The notes below the pieces were generated by a model. That model was not told where the DNA came from. It did no database searches and saw nothing but the letters and a program-made list of their open reading frames with translations. From Carcharhinus amblyrhynchos (lineage: Eukaryota), in the NCBI GenBank assembly GCA_965287045.1, contig OZ336885.1, positions 64,542,001-64,606,000 on the forward strand: DNA of 64,000 bases. Reading direction: 5' to 3'. The position numbers and the translations under genes are program-made. Within the stretch, counting starts at the first letter, position 1, and each line of letters starts with the position of its first letter. Positions 27,336 to 41,585 of the stretch are shown here, piece after piece.

Positions 27336-27733
27336 ATGATACTTGTTTCTCAGTTGATGCAGTGAACTGCAACTTACAGTCTTACAGTTTCTGAACGCTG
27401 AGCGCAATCACTTTAGCAGCTTATTCGTCCATATTTGTAAAACAAATCAGACATATTCCAATAATGATAGATTATGTTTCGTTATCTCAATGTGTGTCAG
27501 TTTATTTCCCCTAATTATCGTGGAACAATGGACAGGCGTCAGATGTTCCCCATATTTAGATTTTGCTGAAATCTCCGTGCCAGTATAATTGAATCAATAG
27601 AACACATATTCCACTGATTCACAATTGCGAAATTTTGCAACATCTCACCATTCAAAAGAGAAGCCAGACTAAGGACCTTCTCCTGAAGGCAACATCGTGA
27701 TACCACAAGTTAAAATGTACACCCTCGACTCAC

Positions 27734-27769
27734 TGAAATCTGTACTTTCGGTCTGACACTGCTTTACTT
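27734..27769 (-). CDS. 36-nt phase-1 micro-exon, (K)VKQCQTESTDF
   Basis: atcatctttgcattttacag|AAGTAAAGCAGTGTCAGACCGAAAGTACAGATTTCA|gtgagt; paralog of 45534-45569. Confidence 0.85.
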
Positions 27770-28659
27770 CTGTAAAATGCAAAGATGATATCAAGTTAGT
27801 TTTTCTTTTCAAAATGTATCCGGAAACTGTTGACATGTTTTTTTTTTCCTCTCGTCAGACAAAATGAACATTTTCAGCTTGCCGTGTCGGCAGTGACACC
27901 CTTCTTCTCAATTCCCTGTAAAGGCGTGTACTCATGTGAATAACGTTACAGTACTGCTGTTGAGGAATGGGAGATGACAGAATCTAAACTAAGCCTACAT
28001 TCAGGGAACTTACCTCAGCGTGTGAGCAATATAGATGTGTTTTATCCAATGCAAATGAATCCTAGACATCATGATGATACATCGTTCATTTTCGTTAGAT
28101 TAGATCAATACAAATCAGTTTCCATTTCGGTAAATCATACATTTTTGAAACACCATTATGTCGGCAGGCGCTAACTGTGCAATAAGTAAAATAAATAATA
28201 ATAATAAGAATAGGTTTTCCCATTAGAAAAAAACAGGTAGAGCTAGAGGCATTTCTGATCCGTTGTAGACAGTTAGTAGAAAAACTTGACCGACTGGCCC
28301 GTAACTTATTAACGTCTGTGGAAATGCATAGTTCGCAAGAAACAAGGGAAAAAGAAACCTTCGTTTCATGAGCAATTGTGCCCACATTTCCGATGAGTGC
28401 AGCAGCTTGAGGCGCTCAGCACTCGGGCCAGCCCTCAGCTCGTCGCAGGAGGTTACTAAGCACGCACCGTAATCGCGCGAAAAGGCTGTGAGCTGCCTTT
28501 GAGGCCCTAGTTCCAAAAGGCAGTTTTGCAGGTAAAACTGGATCACCTACTCTTATAAAAGGATTAAATTTTGTTTCCTTATTTGGTAATTATTTTAAGC
28601 AATGAAAATGACTGTTTTTTGCTTATCCAAACAACACTTTTTTAAAAAAAATTACTAGA

Positions 28660-31600
28660 ATGATAAAAGGGCAAAACAGTCATAAGAAAAACAAATACAT
28701 AACAGACAAAAGAAAAATAATGGAGAATTTATGGGTCTTAAGGATCAACAAGTTCATTTCTGTGCGGGTCCAAAAGAGACGGGTGAGATTCTAATTAATG
28801 ACTATTTCTCATTAGTATTTACTGTTGAGAAAGGAGTGAATGTTAGTGAATTTGGGGAAATCGATAGTGATATCTTGAGGAGTGTACATGTTACAGAAAG
28901 TGAGGTATTCGGTGTCTTAAGGCGCATCACGGTAGGTAAATTCCCGGGACCTGATGAAGTGTGCCCCACGACAGTGCGGGAGGCTACTGGTGGGAGGGGG
29001 GGGGGGGGGGTTGCAATTGTGCTTGCCCTGGCCGAGATATTTGTATTATCGATCGTCACAGGTGAGGTGCCTGAAAATTGGAGAGTGGTAAATGTTGTGC
29101 CTTTGATTAAAAAGGGCTGCAGGGAAAACCCTGAGAACCACAGGTTAGTGATCCTCATATCCCTGGTGGGTCAGCTGTTGAAAATATTTTGAGTGTCAGG
29201 ATATGCAGGCATTTCGAGAACAAGGACTGATTAGGAAAATTCAGGATGCCTATGTGAGTGAAAAATAATTTCGCACAAATTTGATTGAGTTTTTTGAACG
29301 GTAACCAATAGGTAGAGGAGGGCACTGCAGTAGATGTTGTCCGTATGGACCTGAGCAGTGCCATTTACAAGGTACCACATGGGAGATTGTTGCATAAGGT
29401 TAATTCCCGCGGGATCCAGCGTGAGGTATCTCAGTGGATAAAAAAAAAGGCTTCTCAACAGAAGCCAGAGGGTGGTTGCGGAGGGTTGTTTTTCAAACTG
29501 AAGGTCTGTGATCTGAGGTGAGCCTTAGGCATCAGTGCTGGGTCCTATGTTATTTGTTATTTGTATTAATGTTTTGGAAGAGAATATAGTAGGCCTGCCT
29601 AGTAAGTTTGCAGATGACATTAAGAATGGTGACATCGTGGAAAGTGAAGTAAGTTGCAATGGGATCTTGATCTGTTGGGTCAGTGGGCTGATGAATGGCA
29701 GATTAAGTTTAATTTAGACAAGTATGCGGTGATGTAGTTTGATAGATTGAACCAGGGCAGGATTTACTCAGTGAATGGTAGGGCGTCGGGGAATGGTACA
29801 GAACAAACATATCTGGCGTTACATATTCATAGCTCCTTGAAAGAGAAGTCACAACTGGGCAAAGGGGGAGAAGAAGTCATTTGTCATATTTGGTTCCATT
29901 AGTCAAAACATTGAATACAGGAGTTGGGGCATATTGTGCAAGACATTGGGAAGACCACACTTGGAATATGGTGCGAAGCTCTGGTCAGCCTATTACAGAA
30001 AGTACATTAATAAACTAGAAAGACTGCAGAACAGAAATACGAGGATGCTACCTGAACTTGATGATTTGAGTTATAAGGAGCAGCTTGATAGATTGGGACA
30101 TTTTTATCTGGAACGGAGGAGGCTGAGGGGTTACCTTATTGAGGTCTACAAAATAATGAGTGGCATATAAAAAAGGATAGCAAGAGTTTTTATAAGTATA
30201 TAAAAAGGAAGAGGCTGGCTAGGGTGAACGTTGGACCCTTAGAGGATGAGAAGGGGGACTTAGTGGTAGGGGATGGGGAAATGGCTGAGGTCTTGAATAA
30301 CTTTTTTGTTTTGGTCTTCACGGAGGAGGACGTGAAAAATTTGCCGGGTGTTAGAGATGGAAAGGTGGTAGGACTGGAGGGTCTCAATGACATTACTGTT
30401 ACTAGAGAAGCGGTGCTCGACAGACTGGAGGGGCTGATTGTGGACAAGTCTCCAGGACCGGATGGAATGCATCCGAGGGTTCTGAAAGAAATGGCGGAGG
30501 TGATAGCGGATGGCTTGGTGGTTATTTTCCAGACGTCGCTGGATTCCGGGGAAGTGCCGGAAGATTGGAAAGTGGCTAAGGTTACACTGTTGTTTAAGAA
30601 GGGTGCCAGGCAAAAGGCGGGGAATTATAGGCCGGTTAGTTTAACGTCTGTTGTAGGTAAAATGTTAGAATCCGTCATCAAGGAGGAAATAGCGAGGCAT
30701 CTTAAGGGGAATTGCTTGATAGAGCAGACGCAGCACGGTTTCGTGAAGGGGAAGTCGTGTCTGACGAATTTACTGGAGTTCTATGAGGATGTGTCTAGGG
30801 CGTTGGATAGGGGAGAGCCGGTGGATGTGGTCTTTCTTGATTTTCAGAAGGCATTTGATAAGGTACCTCACAAGAGGTTATTGCAGAAGGTCAGGGGACG
30901 TGAATTTAGGGGTAGGGTGTTAGCGTGGATAGAGGACTGGTTGTCAAATAGGAGGCAGAAAGTGGGGGTCAATGGGTGCTAGTCGGATTGGCGGTTGGTG
31001 ACTAGTGGAGTGCCTCAGGGTCGGTGCTGGGGCTTCAGCTATTTACCATTAATATCGATGATCTGGAGGAGGGAACCGAGTGTAGGGTGTCGAAATTTGC
31101 TGATGACACCAAGATTGGTGGAACGGCAAATTGTGCGGAGGGTGTGGAGAGTCTGCAGAAGGATCTAGATAGGCTGGGCGAATGGGCCAGGAACTGGCAA
31201 ATGGAATTTAATGTTGGCAAGTGTGAGGTGGTCCACTTTGGTAGGAATAATGGTAGAAAGGATTATCACTTAAATGGAGAAAATCTGCAGCAGGCGACGG
31301 TGCAGAGGGACCTCGGGGTCCTTGTGCATGAGTCGCAAAAAACAGCTTGCAGGTGCAGCAGATGGTCAGGTAGGAGAATGGGATGCTGGCCTTCATAGCG
31401 AGGGGGATTGCATATAAAAGTAGGGAGGTCTTGCTCCGGCTGGACAGGGCATTGGTGAGGCCGCAGCTGGAGTACTGTGTGCAGTTTTGGGCGCCGTACT
31501 TACGCAAGGATATTTTGGCCTTGGAGGTAGTGCAGAGGAGGTTTACTAGGCTGATGCCGGAGTTGAGTGGGTTGAGCTATGAGGAGAGGCTGAATAAACT

Positions 31601-32360
31601 GGGCTTGTACTCGTTAGAGTTTAGAAGAATGAGGGGAGATCTCATTCAGACGTACAAGATGATGGATGGGATGGATAGGATAGAGGTGGAGAGACTCTTC
31701 CCGCTCAGAAAGGACAGTAAGACTCGGGAGAACAGCCTCAAGATAAAGGGGGGGCGGTTTAGAACGGAGTTGAGGAGGAACTTCTTCACACAAAGGGTGG
31801 TGAATCTCTGGAATTCTCTGCCCGTTGAAGTAGTGGAGGCTACCTCGCTAAATATTTTTAAGACGCGGGTTGATGGGTTTTTGATAAGAGAGGGGGTTAA
31901 GGGTTATGGGGAGAGAGCCGGAATGTGGAACTGAGCCACGACAGATCAGTCATGATCTTATTGAATGGCGGGTCAGGCTCGAAGGGCCAGATGGCCTACT
32001 CCTGCTCCTATTTCTTATGTTCTTATGTTCTCATATATTTTCCCAAATGCAGAAAAGTCTAAAACTAGAGGACATTGATTTAACGTGAGAGGGGAGAGAC
32101 ACAAAAGTGTTCAAACTGACATGTTTTTCACATAGAGGATGGTGAGTTTCTGCAACAAGCTGCCAGATGCGGTAGTAGAGGCGGGTACAATTTTGTCTTT
32201 TGAAATAACATATAGATAATTATAAGGATATGATGGGTAGAGAAGGCTATGGTCAAATGTAGGAATTGGGATCAGGTTAGTGTTTAAAATAAATGACGGC
32301 ATAGACAAGTTGAGCCGAAGGGCACGTTTCCCTGTTGTAAATCTCTATGATTCTATGAGT
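28660..32360 (+). mobile_element. Old CR1 LINE split by a nested younger CR1 (old parts 28660-30165 and 32030-32360)
   Basis: GKFPGPDEVCP, SKFADDIK, RPHLEYGAKLWS; resumes after the insert with ttttcccaaa...ctaaaactagaggacat; tail tctatgattctatga. Confidence 0.9.
30166..32030 (+). mobile_element. Young 5'-truncated CR1 LINE, ORF2 RT nearly intact (one stop, two frameshifts)
   Basis: ORFs 30224-30982, 31024-31398, 31383-31934 with NYRPVSLTS, LDFQKAFDKV, KFADDTK; (ttcttatg)n tail. Confidence 0.97.
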
Positions 32361-33964
32361 CTATTTATTGAGTATGGGATTGATTCGATATGTGAAAATG
32401 AAGAAACGTTCCATTTCGTACAATTTTGTGAAAACTTTTTTTTTTAGATTCGTGGATCAATCGGGGAGAGTTTACCATTTTAACGCAAGGGTGGGCGAGG
32501 GGAAGCGTTGTTAACCTCTACGGGATGTTCTGTTTCGCGGCAAAGCGATCTGAAGAATTACACGGGGAAAGTAGGTACTGGTAAGGTGGGGAAGGGGAAA
32601 AGCATGCGGAATGACTGAGAGGCGGAGGGGATAAACTTTGGATTTTGCATGTTGTGCGATTTTTCTCTGCCAGTATCAAAGTCTCAAAAAGAACGAGATT
32701 TAAGACCCAAATGAAAACAAAAAATGCGATGTTCCAGTGGTGGCACAACATAATTCCTGATTTTCAGCTACACTGGAAAAAGGTACTACCGAGTTCACAT
32801 CAGCTTACAGGAAAGTTGAATACGTCGTCTTAAGGGATATGCATTCCTAAAATATTTGAATTAGCCAATGTTCATAATGACCAACGTTGCATCAGTAAGA
32901 CTCTTAACGTTAGGATAAAGATTCCGGGATTTTAAGGGATACGATTTCCTGAAGCATTTCAACCAGTTGCGTTCCAAAAGGGACAACATTATAAAAAAGT
33001 GTTAATAATTTTCAAAAGTCTTAGAAACTGTTGAAATACATTGTGAAATCCAAATGTTGAAATTCTTTTCAGACATAGTTATCCATTTTACAATAGGTGA
33101 ACGATCATATTTAATGATTTTTTTAATCATGATAGTGTAATTAAAAAAGATTTTACCATTGATTTTGTTCAGATAATGTGTAGTAAGACATGTGTTAAAT
33201 CATCTGTTGCCTCGATACATTGTAGCTAGGCCAAAAAAACACGTGAACATTAATAAGGGCAAAAGTTCAGATAACTCCAGCGCACGTGATGGAGGTGGCA
33301 TCACAAGTACAGCTTAGCGATTCAGGACTAACCATTTTGCGAAACTAGATCGGAGGCTTACAATTGGCGCTCTTTCAATGCATATGCACACGCGCATGGA
33401 ATTCCGTGAATGACCAAAGTAATCTTGCATTTCAGGTCGGGAGTTGCAGGCTAATAATACGGACGTGTGTGAAAGTGGACATCTAGATTTTACACATCAG
33501 CATCACATTTGTTGCAGCTTGATATTTCAGGCATATTCAAGATCTAAATTAACATTTAGTAAATGTCCACTATTGGACACACAATTAACGTGAAGCAACA
33601 TTTCTATCTAAGAAACACGGCGCATAGTACACACATGTAGAAATGTGACGTGGTGGGAAATCGATGGCAAAAAATGTATGTTGAAATTCAGATTAGAAAA
33701 AAAACAATCTGAACTAGAGTTCACCAGTTGTCGCAAACGATGTTTCTGCATGTTACGTCCACTAATTGAACAGTTAAACATGCAAGTTACAAGCAATGAG
33801 AATTCACACCACCCAGATCGTCAAAGTTGCAATCTCATTGAGACAGAGGTGAAAGCAGAACATTGTCTTAAAATGGAAGGTCGGTGCAAGAGAGGGAACC
33901 ACTTCATGCAACCATTATATGCACTGATAGGCAAGGTGGTGGAAGGCTACCTGGAGCTCCATTT

Positions 33965-35330
33965 TTAAGAATATAAAAACTCGGAGCAGGAGTATGTCAT
34001 CTGGCCCCTCGAGCCACTCCCACCATTCAATAACATCATGGCAGATCTTTCTTTTGAAGACTCATCTCCATTTGCCGCCCCCCCCCCCCTCCACAACTCA
34101 CCATAACCCTTATTTCCTTTACTGTTCAAAAATGTATCCATCCTTGCTTTAAAGAACATTCCAAAAAGATATCCTGAACTGCTTCACTGAAGGGGAATTC
34201 CAAGATTCACAATCCTTTCTGTGAAGATGTCCCTCCTCAACTCGGACCTAAATTACTTTCCCTTATTTTGAGGCTACAATCCACCCTCCCCCCCCCCCCC
34301 CCACCCCACCCCGCAGTCCTCCAGTTCTACATTCACCCGCCAGTGGAAACAACTTTCCTGCTTCGATTTAATCTAGTCCCTTCATAATCTTATTTGTCTC
34401 TATAAGATCTCCCTCTCCTTCTTCTGAATGCCAGCCTACTCCATTTCTCCTCATAAGCCAAACCTCTCAACTACGGAATCAACCTTGTGAATCTCCTCTG
34501 AACCCCCTCCATCGCCTGTTTATCTTTTCTCAAGTAAGGTGACCAAAACTGTACACAGTACTCCAGGTGGGGGACTATTCAGTAGCCACTTAACCTCGCT
34601 GTTTTTAAACACTATATCTCTGGCCATGAACGATACAATTCCACTTGCCTTATTGATTAACTGCTGCACCTGCAAACCAACTCGTTGGGACTCCTGTACA
34701 AGGATACCCATGTCCCTCTGCACAGATCTTGCTGCATTTTTTAATCATTTAAACAATATTCATTTTGTTGTTTTTCCTACCAGAATGGATGACCTCACAT
34801 TTATCAACATTATACTCCATCTGCCAGTCCCTCGCCCACTCACTTCGACTATCTGCCGGCTTTCGACGAACTCTCCACACTTTGCTCTGCCACCCTTACA
34901 GATGACAACGATCTTAGTGTCGTCTGCAAATTTTGACACTACACTTCATCTCCTACTCCAAATCATCTGTGGAAATCGTAAACATTTGCGGTCCCAGCTC
35001 TGATCCCTGAGGCCACCACCCCCGCCCTTCCACTCGTCACAGATCGCTAACCAGAAAGAGAAAAAACACCCACTTACCCCCACTGTTTGTTTGTAGTTAC
35101 TAAACTAATCATCTGTACATGTTAATGGGTTATCCATAACATTGTGCACCTTTATCTGACGTAACATTTTTCGTTGCCTTCTGGAAATCCAGATACACCA
35201 GAACCACAGGTCCCGCATTGTCCAAAGCACATGCAGTATTCTTAAAGACTTCCCGAAAATTAGTTAAACATGACTTTCTCTTCATTAACACGTGCTGCGT
35301 CTTATCAATATATACTTTTTTTTATCCAAG
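33965..35330 (-). mobile_element. Decayed CR1 LINE 3' part
   Basis: QRDMGILVQES, FKARMDTFL, CR1 tail ggagcaggagta. Confidence 0.9.
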
Positions 35331-35720
35331 GGCAATTTAACGTATATTGCCTTGTAAGTTCTGAGTTTCAGTCCCTCAGACATGCTTTGTTTTTTTTTAA
35401 GAACAACATTCCAGCGGAAAGAAAAAACATGTGAACTTTTCTATTTGGTGCGCAATTAGAGAAACTTTCGCCCAGATCAATATGATGTTAAAGTTGACAT
35501 CCTGATTACTCCAAATGTGGTAACTGCTAGAATAATCGATACACTTGCTACAAAATAATGACACTGAACAATTATTCCTTATGCACGACAGCAGCAATTG
35601 GAACAAACGCCCCACTGTGATGTTCAAGCAATATACATTCATTCATTCCTTTGCAAAATGATTCATCACTTGTGACATAAAATTCCAAGAATCAAATCGT
35701 CATGCAGCTGAATCGCTTAC

Positions 35721-35747
35721 TTTTCTCAAGTTCCGCCACCTCTGACT
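35721..35747 (-). CDS. 27-nt phase-1 micro-exon, (K)SEVAELEK
   Basis: ttcttccttgacag|AGTCAGAGGTGGCGGAACTTGAGAAAA|gtaagc. Confidence 0.85.
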
Positions 35748-38700
35748 CTGTCAAGGAAGAAATTAAATTCAAAGGATAAAAATGTTAATTTGTAAGAAGG
35801 GAAAACATACACAACAATTAAACTGCTTCATTAATGCTTGACTCCTTCTCCACTGTCCTGGATGAGTGCAGGTGCCCCAGGTGTGCGTGGGCGTTCCCTC
35901 CTGGAATGTGATTAAATAAATAAAACAATTTGCGCCACAATTGCGCAGAAGGTAGAAGTTGCTTTTCGCAAGTTTGCACTGCGAGAACACATCCAATTAA
36001 AACAAAAGGATTTCAATCATTAAATTTTAGCGATGAAGACACGTTTACGTTAATATTTACTGTTAAATGGATGGAAAGAATAAAATTTGTCTCAAAAAGA
36101 AAATATGTATTATGCAGGAAGATTCCTATACGGACACCCATTTTTCCCCAACACAGGATGAAATTCACGAAACTGCTAAAAGTAGATCCTTCCCACCCCT
36201 AGAACTTAATCGAATGATTTGAATTATGACCTTCAACGATCTGAGCACGGACCATTCCCGCCATTCACTCGGGTTGGGCTCCACTGCACAATCATACTTG
36301 ATTCATCTAGAGTTTCCACGGACCGAATCTGACAAATTAGAAATGGCAACTCCCCACCCTTAGCATTCCCACCCCAATTTGCCCTGATCAACATGATCAT
36401 TATCGAAAAGCCTACATTCTTGAGATTCCCATCACTGCAAAATTTGTGCTCACCAGTATCGGCACACCACCAAACACCCAAAATACGCAACTAAATGTCT
36501 GATAATTCAGCGTTCAGATACATCTCATATCCGAAGACCAAAAGGAATCTTTGGCGCTCATTTGCATGCCGAACCTTCGTCGCTTCAATGCCCGGTCTCC
36601 CCAAGTGCACTTAAAACCACATATTGCCCTCGTCATGTGAATTCACCTGGGTGTCCCAAATACAAAAAACATAACTTTAACACTTATGGGCATGTGGCAC
36701 CTTCACATTCGGTTTTGTCAATTTAAAACATTGTTTCACTATCTGTGGTCCGCTATCTACGATTTTAAATGATTCTGCCGCTGGATCGGCGACCCAATCT
36801 ATGGTCTCGACCTTATTTGGCTTGCTTAAGGGATATCAGTTCACAGACTAATTTTAGTTTTCTCCTTTCCTCAGGAGGAACACTTGCTACTTTCATCGGA
36901 GACAATTTGAATATTTGGGAAACAGTATCATGCATTTTTGATTTCTTTTTCACCCAAGGTAATTTTTGTTAAATTTTGATTCTTCGGAATATCATAGAAA
37001 CTCTATGAAGGAAGATTCAAATCACAACAATGCAATGGCGATTCCGACTCTGCCATACCTGTGAGAGCCACTGAAGTTCAAAATTACAGACAGGCATTCC
37101 CGCTGACAAGAAATCTCTGCAAGTTTCTGAAATTGTGATTCATAATTGGAATTGTGACATATCTACATTACAATCGCTCAATATAATCTGCCGGATTCCG
37201 GAAAGATTTAACCTCTAACACCAGCGAGCTGCACAAATGCCGACGCAATATCTAAGAACATTTCACCCAAAAACCACAACACTCTTCAAAAACATTCAGA
37301 TTAAAATAGGAATCAAACTATATCATGTAACTCCAAAAAACCTGCGACGGTATTTGAGTCAATTGTTGCTCGGACATTGCGGTCACCATAAATGAATAAA
37401 AAGTATCTTTATGAGTCGGTAAACGATTGCTCTAAAAAAAAGACATGCTTTCATGCGACCAACAGCTTATTCAAATATGCTGACTGGGCAGTTGGAAATG
37501 CGCTGCACCAATTCCTCCCTCAGTGTTTGTGGAGCTTTCACAATACGTTTGCGGTCTCCTGACGGACAGCACTTGAAGGCCCCAGTGACTTATTACTGCT
37601 TCCGAGGCAAGTTACTCTTCTACTGAATGTACTTGACAGAAATGATGTACAAGTGGCACTGAATATCATTGACTTCATTACAGACATTGTTGGACTTTTC
37701 GTTGTATATACGCCAATTGACAATTTCACACCAGTGATAAGTGAAATTACTTTCAAATTCGAGTTTTGTTTACACTTGATTTCAATTACACCATATGGCC
37801 CGTTGGAATGAGTGGGGTATTGATATGCATCTATGAATTCGGCTATAATGAAACTGCCCCACACCTGCAATGAACATCTGTATATTGGCGAGTGTTTAGA
37901 ACATGACATGGGCGGAATCGAGCCACATCACGATCCTGGGGACGAATTTATTGAACATCCGCTTATAGAGTTAATATATGCGGCATTTGTAATCGAATGA
38001 CAACTTCAGGCAGATGTCGGAAGAAAGTAAGTTTGCATCGCTTATCGAAGTGCATAACTAATGTAATTAAAATGTATGTTTTGTCATCTACGTTAGCATT
38101 GTATTTAACAAGGGAAGGGATTTGGCTGGCAATAAATAAATATCAATATTATCTTCAGTAATCCTGCAAAATGCAGGTACGAATGTAAAAAGGGACGTGG
38201 AGAATATTGGAAAGTTCCGGGAGAAATGTGTAATATTTGTGTCACATACTCATACCAATTTTCAGAAGGGAGGGGCTGCTGCAAAATCAGCACTTCTTTA
38301 ATCCAACCCGAACTTCGACTGAGAAAGATATAGTAAGTTTTTTTCTACGAGGTAAGTTCCATGTTTAATGTGTAGTATGTTATTCTGAGGCATAGCATTG
38401 AGACACAATAATAATGTGGGTTTTTTTAGAGCTGGTTTCGTGAAACTGCTCACTTCAGAATTACTAACATTAGCTTTAATCGGACGAACTGTGAACTGCT
38501 CTTCCGAATTGGCTGTGCCCACAATATGCCCCACAAGATTTGTTGGAGTTTTAGAACAATTTTAATAGCGGATAATGATGATGTCATAGAGAAATGATAT
38601 GCATCTATCACTGTCCAGAAATTACAACATCCTCAAATAAATGTTGCTGAGCAAATGGTCGTTCCAAATCATCAATTCCCCTTCTCCTACTTAAATTTCC

Positions 38701-38929
38701 TTCAGCTTATGTCATACTGCTCATTTTTTTTTGAAACTGTTCCTTAAGCTTGAATTAAGTTGACTTGATCTGACATGTTAATATCATTGCATTGGCACTC
38801 ATTGGACTAGATTATTTTTTGAGCACTGTGCCGTCAAGGCATACCGTTCAGGGATAAGGGAGGGAGTGCGTGCAGGTTGCACTGTTACACACAAAGCTAC
38901 GGTGAAAGAAAGATCATATCAATGTGAGA

Positions 38930-40290
38930 ACTATTCATTCTAAAGTTTTATGTCAGTACGAGTGAAGCTGTTCTTGAGTGGTTGATGCATGGCGCCAGAT
39001 ATTTGTTTTTTTTTTCGCGGCTAGAAAAGGTGAAAGTGACTTTGTCCAAACTGCATGGAATCGTACATTATGATTGTTGTTTTCCAGAGGCTTCAGGAAT
39101 GAAGCAGTGTCAAAGCGCTGGGGGCTAGTTTGAGTAACAGATCGGGATTCGGCCATGGTCCTTTCTGTTCTTTATTCGTTGTTTGAACCATTTGAAACCC
39201 ATTAATATAGACAGGGGCATTTCCTGCAATATGCCGGCTAAAGTCGATTACTATCTCCTTCACTTTTTTTTACATTGTGGGAGAGATTACTATCGTCACG
39301 CAAGTTTAGTGGATGTTCATTCGCTTTCCTGTACTCCGCGTGGTCACCATGCGGATGGTGTCATCAACAACTTAGAAAACTGTATTGTCGGAGAATGTAA
39401 CCACAAACCCACACCTTGATAAAGGGTATACTCAGTCGCTGAATAAACAGCTTTGTGGGGTACCTGTGTCAAGTGTGATCGTGGCCTATCCTTACGAATT
39501 GCAGACTGTGGGTCAAGAAGTTAAGAATTTGTTCATCGGGATGTGATAGATCTGTGGAGCTGGGGCGGGGTGGGGGGTCGAGGGGCGTGAGGGAGGTCTG
39601 GGAAGGCCGGTGCGAAGGGGAGGTGGGGGCTGCCGAATCCGGGCCAAGGAGTTTGGAGATATGTTTCGCAGGAATAATGGTACCAAAGGCGAAGCTGTAG
39701 TTGATTAATCTGACATAGGTATTATTTATAATCCAGGTGTTCAAGGATTGCCTTAGGCCAGAAGAAAGGCATCTGCTGTGAAGCTGTTGCGGTGATAGCC
39801 GAACTATAGTGGATCCAGGCAATATGGGAGACTAGAATTAATTCATGCCTTGACAAACCTTTTGACGCACGACAACATGATGCATGCCAGAGCCAACGGA
39901 TGATAGTAATTAAGGGATTCCGCTTTTGTGTTCTTCAGTATCGTGAAGATCATTGTCCTGTGGAAGCAATTCGGGAATTGAGATTGTCCTGAACCGAGTT
40001 TGGAGCTGTCTACAAATGCGCCTGCCAGCTGATAAGCTGAAGATTTGAGCTCCGGAACGGATACCCATCCGCTCCAGTCACTTTTCGTGCACAGGTCTTC
40101 GAGCACTCTGCTCTGACTTCCGCAAAGATGTTCTCGGATGCTGATTCGTCATAGGCTTCCGGGTTGGATGGCGTATTCTTCTCAAAAAAAGCGCATAGAA
40201 TATATTTAGTTCAGCAGGGAAACTGTGAGTTGGTACCGTCGAGTTTACGTTATAGTAGCCTGTTACATCTCACAAGCAGTGCCATAAGCA
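38930..40290 (-). mobile_element. Rex1/Babar fragment (block B paralog of 20330-21700)
   Basis: NTYVRLINYSFAFGTIIP; LNYYHPLALACIMLSC. Confidence 0.75.
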
Positions 40291-40599
40291 GACAATACTT
40301 GCATATTAATTCAACGTGATCATAAATGGTTTCAGCTAATTCCGATTCACCTTTGTCAAATATTTCTTAGTGTTTCATTTTCAACCTTACATGATTTTTG
40401 TTTTAGTTTTGACAATAATTATTTTTACAAATACTTTGAAGCAGGAGGGCGAATCAGTTCACCCCAAAATGAACTGGTCAGCATTCTAAATTAGTTTGAA
40501 GGAAAATAATAGCTTCCATCTGCAGAAGGACTTGAACAGACGAAGAGAACGGGCACATAAGTGGCAGCTGGAATGTAATATGGACAGGCATGAGATTAT

Positions 40600-41130
40600 G
40601 ACACCACTAGTCAACGTCTGCAAGCCCGAAGTTAAAAACCTTTTGTCCCCGCTCTCTGCCTTCTGTCAGTCAGCCAATCTCCTATCCATGTCATAATCTT
40701 ACTCTGGAAACCATGGTCATTCAACTTATTTAACCGTCAGCTATGCAGCACCCTGTCAAAGGTCTTATGTGGATCTAAATAGGTCACATCCACTGATTCT
40801 CCGAAATCTAACTTCCTTGTCACTTTCACAAAAAGAACTCGAACAGGTTTGTGATATCTGACGTTCCCTTGACAACGCTGCGCTCATTCAGTCTATTTCA
40901 TCACACTCTTCCAATTACTCTACAATTCATCTTTAATAATGGACTCCCAAATTTTGCCAATAACCGAAATAAGGCTAACCAGCCTGCATTTTTTTTTATT
41001 TCAGATTGTTTCCTCCCTGCTTTCTTAAACAGCGGTGTTACGTTAGGTGCTATCCAGTCGTCTGGTATCCTCCCTGCCTCCAGTGATTCCTGAATGATCA
41101 CCACCAATTCCTCCAGTGACAACTTTGTGC
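40600..41130 (-). mobile_element. CR1 ORF2 fragment
   Basis: IIQESLEAGRIPDDWIAPNVTPLFKK. Confidence 0.85.
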
Positions 41131-41394
41131 TAGATGTAATGTGGCCAATTTTAACAGACTGCAAGCGTCAAAAGACTCAGTAAGCCATGGAACCAATTAT
41201 CAAATGATGTGAATGTGAGCTATCCAGCTGACTTGCTACACAAAATAATCCATTGGGAATTAGAGGGAACTTGGATTCACACAGGGTGTGGCCCAATTTG
41301 GATTACTGAAGTTTTTTTTTATTATTTCCATTACTCAAATGACTCTTTATTAAAGCATTGATTTGATTTATAAGTTGAAATAATGTTTTTTTTT

Positions 41395-41585
41395 TATTTC
41401 AGGGCCAATCCACCGAACCCGTACATCCTTAGAATGTGCGAGGAATCTAGAGCACTTGGAGGAAACACACGCAGGCATGAAAGTTCATGCAGACTCCACA
41501 TAGGCCATGACCCAAGCCAGGAATCGAAACTGCGTCCCTGGCGCTGGAAACAAATGCGCAGCAGTGTTCCTCCATGCCGTCCATC
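41395..41585 (-). mobile_element. HE1-like SINE fragment
   Basis: ggccaatccaccgaacc...gcacttggaggaaacacacgcag...gcagactccaca. Confidence 0.8.
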
